A DNA stretch of 64,000 bases from Clostridia bacterium (GTDB lineage: Bacteria > Bacillota > Limnochordia > DTU080 > RSA5). Each line of letters opens with the position of its first letter. The first letter of the stretch is position 1. The stretch lies in contig PKEX01000028.1 of the NCBI GenBank assembly GCA_002919235.1, positions 2,839 to 66,838 on the forward strand. Reading direction: 5' to 3'. Below the pieces are notes generated by a model, which did not search any database, was not told the origin of the DNA, and saw only the letters and a list, made by a program, of their open reading frames with translations. Positions 56,547 to 64,000 of this stretch are shown here, in pieces. Both the position numbers and the translations under genes were made by a program.

Positions 56547-56807
56547 GTGGCGGAAGTCACCCGCACCGCTCGAGAGATCATTGTCGACGTCAGGGACGAC
56601 CTGAGGCAGGGGCGCGAGCCCTTCGGCGACATCATGGAAGCCCTGCGTGAGACACCGCCGGGCCACGCTTTCGTCGTGCTGGCGACGTTTCTTCCGGAAC
56701 CGCTCATCGCGCTCCTCCAGGATCAAGGCTTCGAAAGTACGGCAGAGAAGCTGCCCGGCGGAGAGTGGCGGGTGAGCTTTCTGCGGCGACCGCCCGCCCA
56801 GCGATGA
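56547..56807 (+). CDS. DUF2249 domain protein
   Basis: GTG at 56547 lies 10 nt after AGGAGG (56531-56536). IIVDVRDDLRQGREPFGDIMEALRETPPGHAFVVLATFLPEPLIALL matches the DUF2249 pattern (DVR...G..P...I......L..G..l.l...f.P.PL). Confidence 0.75.
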   Translation: MAEVTRTAREIIVDVRDDLRQGREPFGDIMEALRETPPGHAFVVLATFLPEPLIALLQDQGFESTAEKLPGGEWRVSFLRRPPAQR

Positions 56808-56808
56808 G

Positions 56809-56916
56809 TTGTGAACGTGAACACAGGTTGCGAATGTGCCCGGATGTGGGCACGCCGGTACGCCGGAACGCCCAGATGTGGGCAGGCGGGTTCCATCCGC
56901 CGCCCATTTTTGGGCT
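56809..56916 (+). repeat. modular intergenic repeat, copy D
   Basis: Box TGTGA-acgtga-ACACA spans 56810-56825. Units are TGCCC-ggatgt-GGGCA 56837-56852, CGCCC-agatgt-GGGCA 56869-56884 and CGCCC-attttt-GGGCT 56901-56916. Centres 56844.5, 56876.5 and 56908.5 are 32 bp apart. Confidence 0.9.
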
Positions 56917-57021
56917 GCATCCGGCACCCGCCGCGGGGAGGTCGACGGGCGAGCCTGGCGAATCGACGTGCCGTAACCCTGACACAATGCCGCATCTTCG
57001 CGGTGGAAAGGTGGATGGGAG

Positions 57022-57708
57022 ATGCAGTTCTTCCCCATCTTGGCGGGGCTTTTCGTAGCCGTGCTCATGATCAGCCAGGTGACGGCGGTGAAGCCCGTCC
57101 AGTTCGGCGTCATCTCCTTTACCGGTGCCGATGTGATCTTTCCCCTGGCGTACCTGCTGGGCGACGTGCTGACGGAGATCTACGGATTCGCCCGGTCCCG
57201 GTTGGTGATCTGGACGGGCCTTTTCGCCAACATCCTCATGAGCGCCGCCCTGTGGCTCGTGGGCGTCATGCCGGGGGAGCCGGTCTGGCTGGAGCAAGGA
57301 GGGCAGGAGGCGTGGAACATGCTCCTCGGGCTCGCGCCCCGCATCGCGCTCGCCAGCCTTCTCGCCTACTTCGTCGGCGAGTTCGTCAACTCATATGTGC
57401 TCTCTCGCTTGAAGCTGGCGACCCGGGGGAGGTTTCTCTGGCTGCGCACCATCGGGTCCAGCTTGATCGGCCAGGGAGTCGATACCCTGATCTTCTTCCC
57501 CGTGGCGTACGGGGGCGAGTGGCCCTGGACGCTGATCCTCGAATTAATGGCCGTGGCCTACGGGCTCAAGGTGGGGGTCGAAGTGGCGATGACGCCGGTC
57601 ACCTACGCCGTGGTCACGTTCCTCAAGCGCCGGACAGGCATCGACGTGTACGACTACAACACCAGCTTCAATCCCTTCCGCATCCGTCTGGAGGAAGAAG
57701 AGGCGTAA
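57022..57708 (+). CDS. yhhQ: queuosine-precursor transporter (YhhQ/DUF165, VUT family)
   Basis: ISQVTAVKPVQFG...FTGADVIFPLAYLLGDVLTEIYGF and FVGEFVNSYVLSRLK are typical YhhQ motifs. Confidence 0.85.
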   Translation: MQFFPILAGLFVAVLMISQVTAVKPVQFGVISFTGADVIFPLAYLLGDVLTEIYGFARSRLVIWTGLFANILMSAALWLVGVMPGEPVWLEQGGQEAWNMLLGLAPRIALASLLAYFVGEFVNSYVLSRLKLATRGRFLWLRTIGSSLIGQGVDTLIFFPVAYGGEWPWTLILELMAVAYGLKVGVEVAMTPVTYAVVTFLKRRTGIDVYDYNTSFNPFRIRLEEEEA

Positions 57709-57846
57709 GCCAAACGCGCGTTTGGAAAAGAACCCGTGCCGGGCGTGGAAAGATTCGATGTGAAGGAAGCGCCGTGACTGCGACGCGGAGAGGTCCAGGT
57801 CCTGTGAAACGTAGGGACGGACTCGTCAGCACGGGTGGGAGCGCGT

Positions 57847-58209
57847 ATGGCTCACGGCGAGACGTGGCTCTTGAGCCCCTTTAACGATTCAACCTGGCTG
57901 TGGGTGGGCGCGGTGGGCGTCGTCACCGGCTACTGCCGGCATCTCGTGCTCTCCAACGGGAGCCACATCCGCATCCAGCGGACCGAAGACCGCATACATT
58001 GGGGGTGGATCGCGGACATATTCTTTAGCGTGATCGCCGCCTACGTAAACGTCGTCGCCTTTTTCCTGGCAGGTCCGCTCACCATCATCCAGGGGCTTTG
58101 GGCTGCGGCCCTCGGGGGATTGGCCGGTCCGGCGTTTCTGGTACAGCTGATGAAAGAACGTTGGCTTCACGAAGTCGGGCCCCCGTCCGGAGGTGTGGAT
58201 CTCAAGTAA
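57847..58209 (+). CDS. hypothetical small membrane protein (120 aa, ~3 TM)
   Basis: ATG at 57847 follows GGGTGGGAG. Hydrophobic segments are WLWVGAVGVVTGY, IADIFFSVIAAYVNVVAFFLAG and LWAAALGGLAGPAFLV. A/T-ending codons (ATA, TTT, GTA, AAA) are much more frequent than in the flanking genes. Confidence 0.55.
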   Translation: MAHGETWLLSPFNDSTWLWVGAVGVVTGYCRHLVLSNGSHIRIQRTEDRIHWGWIADIFFSVIAAYVNVVAFFLAGPLTIIQGLWAAALGGLAGPAFLVQLMKERWLHEVGPPSGGVDLK

Positions 58210-58404
58210 ATGACGGCGCGAAGCAAGAACCAGCGGGAGACGGCGTCCGGCACGCCCGCCGAAGCCAAGGCCGTGCGCCGCCAGCGGAGGGAGCTCGAGG
58301 CCATCACCGACCAGATCCTGCGGAGCAATTCCATCGTGGAAATATGGCGGCTCAAGCGAAGAGGCCGGCGCATCTTGTGCAGCTTGCAGGAACGGCGGGC
58401 ATGA
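58210..58404 (+). CDS. hypothetical small basic protein (64 aa)
   Basis: The ATG directly abuts the upstream TAA (TAAATG). The sequence is Arg/Lys-rich (AVRRQRRELEAITDQILRSNSIVEIWRLKRRGRR). Its stop is embedded in a canonical terminator. Confidence 0.45.
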   Translation: MTARSKNQRETASGTPAEAKAVRRQRRELEAITDQILRSNSIVEIWRLKRRGRRILCSLQERRA

Positions 58405-58427
58405 CTCCACGGCAGTGGAGTCTTTTT
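58403..58427 (+). terminator. intrinsic terminator ending the two-gene module
   Basis: GACTCCAC (58403-58410), loop GGCA, GTGGAGTC (58415-58422), then TTTTT (58423-58427). Confidence 0.85.
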
Positions 58428-58683
58428 CGTTCATGGGGGTTCCTCAGTCTTTGGGGCTTTTCGAAGACGAACTGGGGGAGGGTTCAGCCGGCCCGCGGGC
58501 AGCGCAGGACGAAGACGGCGGTTCACCGCGGCAGGGATCCCGCGCGGCGGCATCGAAGACCGCGGCGGGCGGCCGGTGCCAAAGGTTCGCCGCGAGGCGC
58601 CGGGAGCGCGCCGGGTGGGCGCCGTGGCTTGGCCTCCTCGCCACGACGGAGCAGTTCAACGGAGTCTGAAAGGAGCATCCCCT

Positions 58684-60504
58684 TTGGACGCACAGGGTGT
58701 GAGCAGGCCTGGGAACAGCGAAGGCCGCGCGGCGGGACAAGCCCCGAAGGCGGCGGCCGGCGCGGCGGGTCTTGCCGGGAACGGCGGCTCTAAGCCCATC
58801 CCGCACCTGAGGTGGCGAGAGGCCGCGGGAGCCCGGGCCGGCCAAAGAACGGCAGAGCTGATCGTGGACGGTGAGCCGTTTCTCATCCTCGGCGGGGAGC
58901 TGGGAAACTCGTCGGCCTCAAGCCTCGAGTACGTCAACGCCGCGTGGCCCCGCCTCCGCGAGCTCCATTTGAACACGGTGCTGGCTCCGGTCTACTGGGA
59001 TCTCATCGAGCCCGAAGAGGGCCGGTTTGATTTCTCCCTGGTCGACGGGTTGATCGCCGGCGCCCGGGAGCACGGCATGCGGCTGGTGCTGCTCTGGTTC
59101 GGCAGCTGGAAGAACTGCATGTCCTGCTACGTGCCGGCGTGGATCAAGACGGACCCGGAGCGGTTTCCCCGAGTCCGCAGCAGCTCGGGCCAGGCCCAAG
59201 AGATGCTCTCCGCCTTTTATGAAGACAACGCTGCAGCGGACGTCAGGGCCTTCGCGGCGCTCATGCGCCATCTCCGGGAGGTGGACGAAGCCCACCGCAC
59301 GGTCATCATGGTCCAGGTGGAAAACGAGATCGGCATGATCCCCGAGCCCCGGGATTACAGCGAGGCGGCCAACCGGGCGTACCGGAGCCCCGTGCCGGCC
59401 GAGCTCATCGCGTACCTGGTGGAGCACCGGGACGAGCTGGCGCCTGAATTGAAGGCGCGCTGGGAAGGCCAGGGCGCAAGGACGGCGGGGACGTGGGAAG
59501 ATGTCTTTGGCCCCGGCGTCGCGACGGAGGAGATCTTCCAGGCGTGGCACTTCGCCGTGTACGTGCAGCGGGTGGCCGCGGCCGGGAAGGCCGAGTACCC
59601 GCTCCCGATGTACGTCAACGCGGCGCTGATCCGTCCCGGCTACACTCCGGGCCGCTACGCCAGCGCCGGTCCCCTGCCCCACTTGATCGACGTCTGGCGG
59701 GCCGGGGCGCCGGCCATCGATTTCCTGGCTCCGGACCTCTATTTTCCCAACGTGGTGGAATGGTTCAAGCGGTACGCCGCGGCGGGGAACCCGCTGTTCG
59801 TGCCGGAAATCCGGAAAGAGCCCAGCAACGCCGCCCACGCCTTCTACGCCGTCGGCGAACTGGGGGCGCTGGGCATCAGCCCGTTCTCGATCGAGACCGC
59901 CGACGAGGCGGCGGACGGCCCCCTGGCCCGGTGCTATCGCCTTTTGGCGGAGCTGGCGCCGGTCATCCTGGAGCACCGGGAGAAGGGCGCCGTGCGGGGC
60001 GCGGCGCCGGAAGTCTCCTACTCCGGCGAGGTGCGGGCCTATTCGGAGGAAGTGTCGCTGGGCGGGTACAGGTTCACGTTCACGTTTGAAGGGGCCGGCG
60101 CGACGGGAATCTTCGGCCCGGCGCAGCCGGCTTCCGGGGGTGGGCAGGCAAGCCGAGGGAGCGCGGGGCCCGGGCCGGCCGGGCAAGGCGGAGCCCAAGC
60201 CCTTCCCGGCGCCGATTTCAGCGCCGGCCAGCGCCAGTGGCCCACGGGGTCCGGCGGCCTGCTGATCGCCCTGGGCGGCGACGAGTTCCTCGTCGCCGGC
60301 ACCGGGATCGTCCTCACGTTTGCGTGCGAGGATTCGCCCGGCGAGACGGCCGGCATCCTGTGGGCGCAGGAAGGCGAGTACGTCGACGGCCGCTGGGTCG
60401 CCGGCCGCTGGCTGAACGGCGACCAGACCCACCAGGGCCGGCACATTCGCATCGCCCCCGGCGAGATAGCAATCCAGCGGTTCCGCTTGTACCGGTACCG
60501 GTAG
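58684..60504 (+). CDS. GH35-like beta-galactosidase-type glycoside hydrolase with a DUF5597-like C-terminal domain
   Basis: TTG at 58684 lies 8 nt after AAAGGAG (58669-58675). LIVDGEPFLILGGELGNSSAS, NTVLAPVYWDLIEPEEGRFDF and IMVQVENEIGM (catalytic Glu context) are present. The track start at 58576 is upstream in frame. Confidence 0.65.
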   Translation: MDAQGVSRPGNSEGRAAGQAPKAAAGAAGLAGNGGSKPIPHLRWREAAGARAGQRTAELIVDGEPFLILGGELGNSSASSLEYVNAAWPRLRELHLNTVLAPVYWDLIEPEEGRFDFSLVDGLIAGAREHGMRLVLLWFGSWKNCMSCYVPAWIKTDPERFPRVRSSSGQAQEMLSAFYEDNAAADVRAFAALMRHLREVDEAHRTVIMVQVENEIGMIPEPRDYSEAANRAYRSPVPAELIAYLVEHRDELAPELKARWEGQGARTAGTWEDVFGPGVATEEIFQAWHFAVYVQRVAAAGKAEYPLPMYVNAALIRPGYTPGRYASAGPLPHLIDVWRAGAPAIDFLAPDLYFPNVVEWFKRYAAAGNPLFVPEIRKEPSNAAHAFYAVGELGALGISPFSIETADEAADGPLARCYRLLAELAPVILEHREKGAVRGAAPEVSYSGEVRAYSEEVSLGGYRFTFTFEGAGATGIFGPAQPASGGGQASRGSAGPGPAGQGGAQALPGADFSAGQRQWPTGSGGLLIALGGDEFLVAGTGIVLTFACEDSPGETAGILWAQEGEYVDGRWVAGRWLNGDQTHQGRHIRIAPGEIAIQRFRLYRYR

Positions 60505-60623
60505 CCTCCCGCCGCGACGGCAGGTGGTCCAGCTGGCGAAGGTGCCCGCGGGGCCGCAGGACAGCCGGACCCGGGCGCGCTGCGGCCCCGGCCCGCCCGG
60601 CGGAGCGAGCGAGGAAAGCCCGC

Positions 60624-60652
60624 TTGACACAAGGCTCCGGCGGTCTTATAAT
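60624..60652 (+). promoter_or_regulatory. consensus sigma-A-type promoter for the leuA leader
   Basis: TTGACA (60624-60629), a 17-nt spacer and TATAAT (60647-60652). Both hexamers are perfect. Confidence 0.8.
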
Positions 60653-60658
60653 CTAGGC

Positions 60659-61068
60659 CAACCAAACCTGGCGTCGCCAGGGGGAAGCGGAATACCCGTT
60701 ACCGCGGCGATGACGGGGAACAGTAGCGGCCGGATTCAATCTAGAGAGCTGCCGGTCGGTGCAAGGCAGTGCGATGAAGGCTCGTGAACTCCCCCCGGAG
60801 CTGTCTTCCGAAATCGAGAGGCGGTGGTCGTCCTCGCTTCTCGAGAGTAGAGAAGGACGGAGCTCCCACCGTTATCCGGGAGACAGTATCGGCGAGACGC
60901 ACAGCGGCCAGGCGTCCGGGGCGCCCCGGGACGGCGGCGCGGCCGGGCGCGGCGCGGTCTTCGCCCGTACTGGCTGAGGGGGCGGCGGCCGTGAGGCGCC
61001 GTCAAGTTTGAGTGGTACCGCGGAAAGGCTTGACCTTTCGTCTCAACGGGTGAGGCGAAAGGTTTTTT
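60659..61068 (+). promoter_or_regulatory. T-box riboswitch leader (probable Leu specifier) with terminator
   Basis: Stem I elements are AGTA (60722-60725), AGAGAG (60743-60748) and the distal-loop GGTGCAA (60758-60764). The specifier region is GAAGGCTCGTGAA with CTC at 60781-60783. The T-box sequence is GAGTGGTACCGCGG (61010-61023). The terminator is CCTTTCG (61034-61040) / CGAAAGG (61056-61062) + TTTTTT. Confidence 0.85.
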
Positions 61069-61105
61069 ATTTTGGCCACCAGATGTGCGAAAGGGGAGCT
61101 GAGGC

Positions 61106-62692
61106 GTGCGCAGGCTTTACGTCTTCGACACCACGCTGCGGGACGGGGAGCAGTCCCTGGGAATCACGCTGAACGCCGACCAAAAGCTGGAGATCGCCCG
61201 GCAGCTGGTCCGCCTGGGCGTGGACGTGATCGAAGCGGGGTTTCCCGCTTCGTCGCCCGGCGATCTCGAAGCGGTGCGGCGCATCGGCGCCGAGGTGAAA
61301 GGCGTGGCCGTCTGCGCCCTCTCGAGGGCGGTGCGGTCGGACATCGACGCCTGCGCCGAGGCGCTGAAGACGGCGGAAAGCCCGCGCATTCACACGGGGA
61401 TCGCCACGTCGCCGATCCACATGGAGCGCAAGCTCCGCAAGACGCCGGAGCAGGTGCTGGAGATGGCCGTCGACGCGGTCCGGTACGCGAAGCGCTTCGT
61501 CTCCGACGTGGAGTTTTATGCGGAGGACGCGTTCCGCTCGGACCGGGAGTTTCTCCGCCGGGTCTTTGCGGAAGTGATCAAGGCGGGAGCCACGGTGATC
61601 AACATCCCCGACACGGTGGGGTACGCCTCGCCGTGGGAGTACGGGGAGCTGATTTCGTGGTGCCTCGAAAACATCGAAGAGATGGACCGCGTCACCATCA
61701 GTGTCCACTGCCACAACGATCTGGGCATGGCGACGGCCAACTCGCTGGCCGGCATCCGGGCCGGGGCGACGCAGGTGGAGGGGACCATCAACGGCATCGG
61801 CGAGCGGGCGGGCAACACCGCCCTCGAGGAAGTGATCATGGCCATCTACTCCCACCGGGAGAGCTACGGGATCGAGATGGGGATCAACATCAAGGAGATC
61901 GCCCGCACCAGCCAGCTGGTTTCCATGGTGACCGGAGTGCCGGTCCCGCCGTTCAAGGCCATCGTGGGGAGCAACGCCTACTCCCATGCCTCGGGAATCC
62001 ACCAGGACGGCGTGCTCAAGGACCGCTCGACGTACGAGATCATCAAACCCGAGGACGTGGGCTTTGCCAGCAACCGCATCGTCCTCACCAACCGTTCGGG
62101 GCGGCACGCCCTCAAGGCCAAGCTGGCCGAGATGGGATACGCCCTCTCGCCGGAAGAGATCGATTCGGTCTATAAGAAATTCCTCGAGGTGGCGGACGCC
62201 AAGAGCCACGTCACCGACGAGGACCTGGCGGCGATCGTTCAGGGCAAGCCGGTCCATGTCAGAGAGGAGCGGGTGAAGCTCAAGAGCCTCCAGGCCAGCA
62301 CCGGCGGGGTGGTCAGCGCCAGCGCGGTGGTGGTGCTGGAAATCGACGGCGCGGCGTACGAGGACGGCGCCACCGGGGCCGGCCCGGTGGACGCCGCGTT
62401 CCGGGCGATCCGGCGCCTCTGCGGCGTGGACGTGGAGCTGGTCGACTACTCGCTGCGGGCCATCACCTCCGGCGCGGATGCCCTGGGCGAAGCGGTGGCG
62501 CGCCTCGCGCCCGGCGGCAGGAACGGATCCGCCGCGGGCGCCGGGGACGTGGTCGGCCGGGGCGTGGACCGCGACGTCATCAAGGCGTCGGCGCTGGCCT
62601 TTGTCGATGCCGTCAACAAGCTGCTCGCGGCGGGCCGGATCGACGTGGCCCCGCCGGCGGCGCAGGCTGAAGCGGCAGGCCGCGGGGTGTGA
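61106..62692 (+). CDS. leuA: 2-isopropylmalate synthase
   Basis: GTG at 61106 follows AAAGGGGAG. TTLRDGEQS, HCHNDLGMATANSLAG and the C-terminal LeuA dimerisation/regulatory domain are present. Confidence 0.95.
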   Translation: MRRLYVFDTTLRDGEQSLGITLNADQKLEIARQLVRLGVDVIEAGFPASSPGDLEAVRRIGAEVKGVAVCALSRAVRSDIDACAEALKTAESPRIHTGIATSPIHMERKLRKTPEQVLEMAVDAVRYAKRFVSDVEFYAEDAFRSDREFLRRVFAEVIKAGATVINIPDTVGYASPWEYGELISWCLENIEEMDRVTISVHCHNDLGMATANSLAGIRAGATQVEGTINGIGERAGNTALEEVIMAIYSHRESYGIEMGINIKEIARTSQLVSMVTGVPVPPFKAIVGSNAYSHASGIHQDGVLKDRSTYEIIKPEDVGFASNRIVLTNRSGRHALKAKLAEMGYALSPEEIDSVYKKFLEVADAKSHVTDEDLAAIVQGKPVHVREERVKLKSLQASTGGVVSASAVVVLEIDGAAYEDGATGAGPVDAAFRAIRRLCGVDVELVDYSLRAITSGADALGEAVARLAPGGRNGSAAGAGDVVGRGVDRDVIKASALAFVDAVNKLLAAGRIDVAPPAAQAEAAGRGV

Positions 62693-62741
62693 GCGAGCCG
62701 CCGCGCCAGCGCGGGAGCCCTCGCGGCGACACCGCCGGAAG

Positions 62742-62777
62742 AAAGCCCTCGGGCGCGGCATGCCGCCCGAGGGCTTT
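62742..62777. terminator. bidirectional hairpin terminator between convergent leuA and ilvD
   Basis: AAAGCCCTCGGGCG (62742-62755) pairs with CGCCCGAGGGCTTT (62764-62777), a 14-bp perfect stem. T-rich tails are present on both strands (TTTG on plus, TTTCTTCC on minus). Confidence 0.75.
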
Positions 62778-62835
62778 GTGCGTCTTGGACCTTTCACTTC
62801 GCCGCGTCTTCGCCGCGCCGCGTCACGTCATCGTC

Positions 62836-64000
62836 TCAATCGAAGACAATGCGCACCGCGCCTTTGGCGGCGCTGGTGGTCATGGCGGCGTAGGCCTTGA
62901 GCGCGTTGCTCACCTGGCGCGGCCGGGGCTTGGCCGGCTTCCAGCCTTTCTTGTCCTGCTCCTCGCGGCGGCGGGCCAGCTCTTCGTCGCTCACGTCCAG
63001 GTGGATCCGGCGGTTGGGGATGTCGATCTTGATGAGGTCGCCGTCCCGCACCAGGCCGATGGTGCCGCCTTCGGCCGCTTCAGGGGAGATGTGGCCGATG
63101 GAAAGCCCCGATGTCCCGCCGGAGAACCGGCCGTCGGTGATCAGGGCGCACAATTTGCCGAGGCCTTTCGACTTGAGGTAGCTGGTGGGATAGAGCATCT
63201 CCTGCATGCCCGGGCCGCCCCGCGGGCCTTCGTAGCGGACAACGACCACGTCGCCGGGCTTCACTTCGCCGCCCAGGATGCCCGTGACGGCGTCCTCCTG
63301 GCTCTCGTAGACCCGGGCCGGGCCTTCAAAGACGAGGATCGACTCGTCGACGCCCGCCGTCTTGACGATGCAGCCGTCCTCCGCGAGGTTGCCGTAGAGC
63401 ACGGCGAGGCCCCCGTCCCTGGAGTAGGCGTGCTCCACGTCCCGGATGACGCCCTTTTCCCGGTCCAGGTCCAGGCTGTCCCACCGGCGGTCCTGGCTGA
63501 ACGGCTCGGTGGTGAGCACGCCGCCCGGGGCCGCGCGGTAGAACTCGTGCACCGCCGGGTCGTTGGTCCGCCGCACGTCCCACTTCTCCAGGGCCTCGGC
63601 CAGCGTCCGGGAGTGGACCGTCCGCACGGAGGTGTCGATCAGCCCGGCCCGGTCCAGCTCGCCCAGGATGGCCATGACGCCCCCGGCCCGGTGAACGTCT
63701 TCCATGTGGATGTCGGGAACGGAGGGCGCCACCTTGCACAGGACCGGCACCCGCCGGGAGAGCCGGTCGATGTCGGCCATGGTGAAGTTCACCCCGGCCT
63801 CGTGGGCCGCGGCCAAAAGGTGCAGCACCGTGTTGGTGGAGCCGCCCATCGCGATGTCGAGGGACATGGCGTTCTCGAAGGCGGCAAACGTGGCGATGGA
63901 GCGGGGCAGGACGCTGTCGTCGTCCTCTTCGTAGTACCGCTTGGCCAGCTCCACGATGAGCCGGCCCGCCTCCAGGAAGAGGCGCTTGCGGTCGGCGTGG
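62836..64000 (-). CDS. ilvD: dihydroxy-acid dehydratase, N-terminal part outside the window
   Basis: The C-terminal ~388 aa of IlvD are present ([47 protein letters not shown]). The frame remains open through 64000 (...[15 protein letters not shown]), so the track start at 63954 is internal. Confidence 0.95.
   Translation of the reverse strand, partial: HADRKRLFLEAGRLIVELAKRYYEEDDDSVLPRSIATFAAFENAMSLDIAMGGSTNTVLHLLAAAHEAGVNFTMADIDRLSRRVPVLCKVAPSVPDIHMEDVHRAGGVMAILGELDRAGLIDTSVRTVHSRTLAEALEKWDVRRTNDPAVHEFYRAAPGGVLTTEPFSQDRRWDSLDLDREKGVIRDVEHAYSRDGGLAVLYGNLAEDGCIVKTAGVDESILVFEGPARVYESQEDAVTGILGGEVKPGDVVVVRYEGPRGGPGMQEMLYPTSYLKSKGLGKLCALITDGRFSGGTSGLSIGHISPEAAEGGTIGLVRDGDLIKIDIPNRRIHLDVSDEELARRREEQDKKGWKPAKPRPRQVSNALKAYAAMTTSAAKGAVRIVFD

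Noticed and set aside
56917-57021. I looked for a preQ1 riboswitch upstream of yhhQ.
   Set aside because: yhhQ-type transporters are often preQ1-controlled. However, no preQ1-I/II/III-like core (for example the AGAGGUUC...CUA...ACCC...AAAAAACUA pattern) is visible, and the space is occupied by repeat copy D and its tail.
57802-57828. I considered whether this is a solitary seventh copy of the repeat element (CTGTGAAACGTAGGGACGGACTCGTCA).
   Set aside because: Only the left TGTGA half and part of the ACG-AGTCA segment match. There is no right half-site and no downstream YGCCC-N6-GGGCR unit in register. It is treated as a possible relic and mentioned under the two-gene module.

Overview
This is a GC-rich bacterial chromosomal segment. 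Third codon positions are almost all G/C, and most genes have a strong GGAGG-type Shine-Dalgarno site. A T-box leader, prkA-yhbH-spoVR and a YyaC-like gene suggest a high-GC endospore-lineage Bacillota-like organism, but this is inference, not proof.

About 55 protein genes can be supported:
- a heterodimer-type ABC exporter pair, a standalone rpsD, and a long-form pstSCAB operon followed by phoPR
- an SRAP / YyaC-like / EVE trio and tkt
- a LacI-controlled sugar cluster (six-hairpin glycosidase, ThuA, TIM-barrel isomerase)
- prkA-yhbH-spoVR, a thioredoxin-reductase-like flavoprotein, GH1 beta-glucosidase, qor, lipA, comB, pepF and trkAH
- hflKC, TauE, MFS, potABCD and MATE
- a membrane protein-DUF59-DUF2249 cluster, yhhQ, a GH35-like hydrolase, T-box-controlled leuA, and a partial ilvD

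I saw no rRNA, tRNA, transposase, integrase or CRISPR array.

The two signals the gene list does not explain:
1. Six same-orientation copies of a ~108-nt modular intergenic element sit at four loci. Each has a CRP-type TGTGA-N6-TCACA box followed by three YGCCC-N6-GGGCR palindromes spaced exactly 32 bp centre to centre. One locus carries three copies at an exact 198-bp period.
2. A canonical c-di-GMP-I (GEMM-I) riboswitch with its own intrinsic terminator lies in a gene-poor, locally AT-rich stretch. The nearest downstream ORF is an untracked 42-codon ORF.

Many long ORFs in the six-frame track are antisense or off-frame shadows of real genes, as expected in GC-rich DNA, and were rejected.
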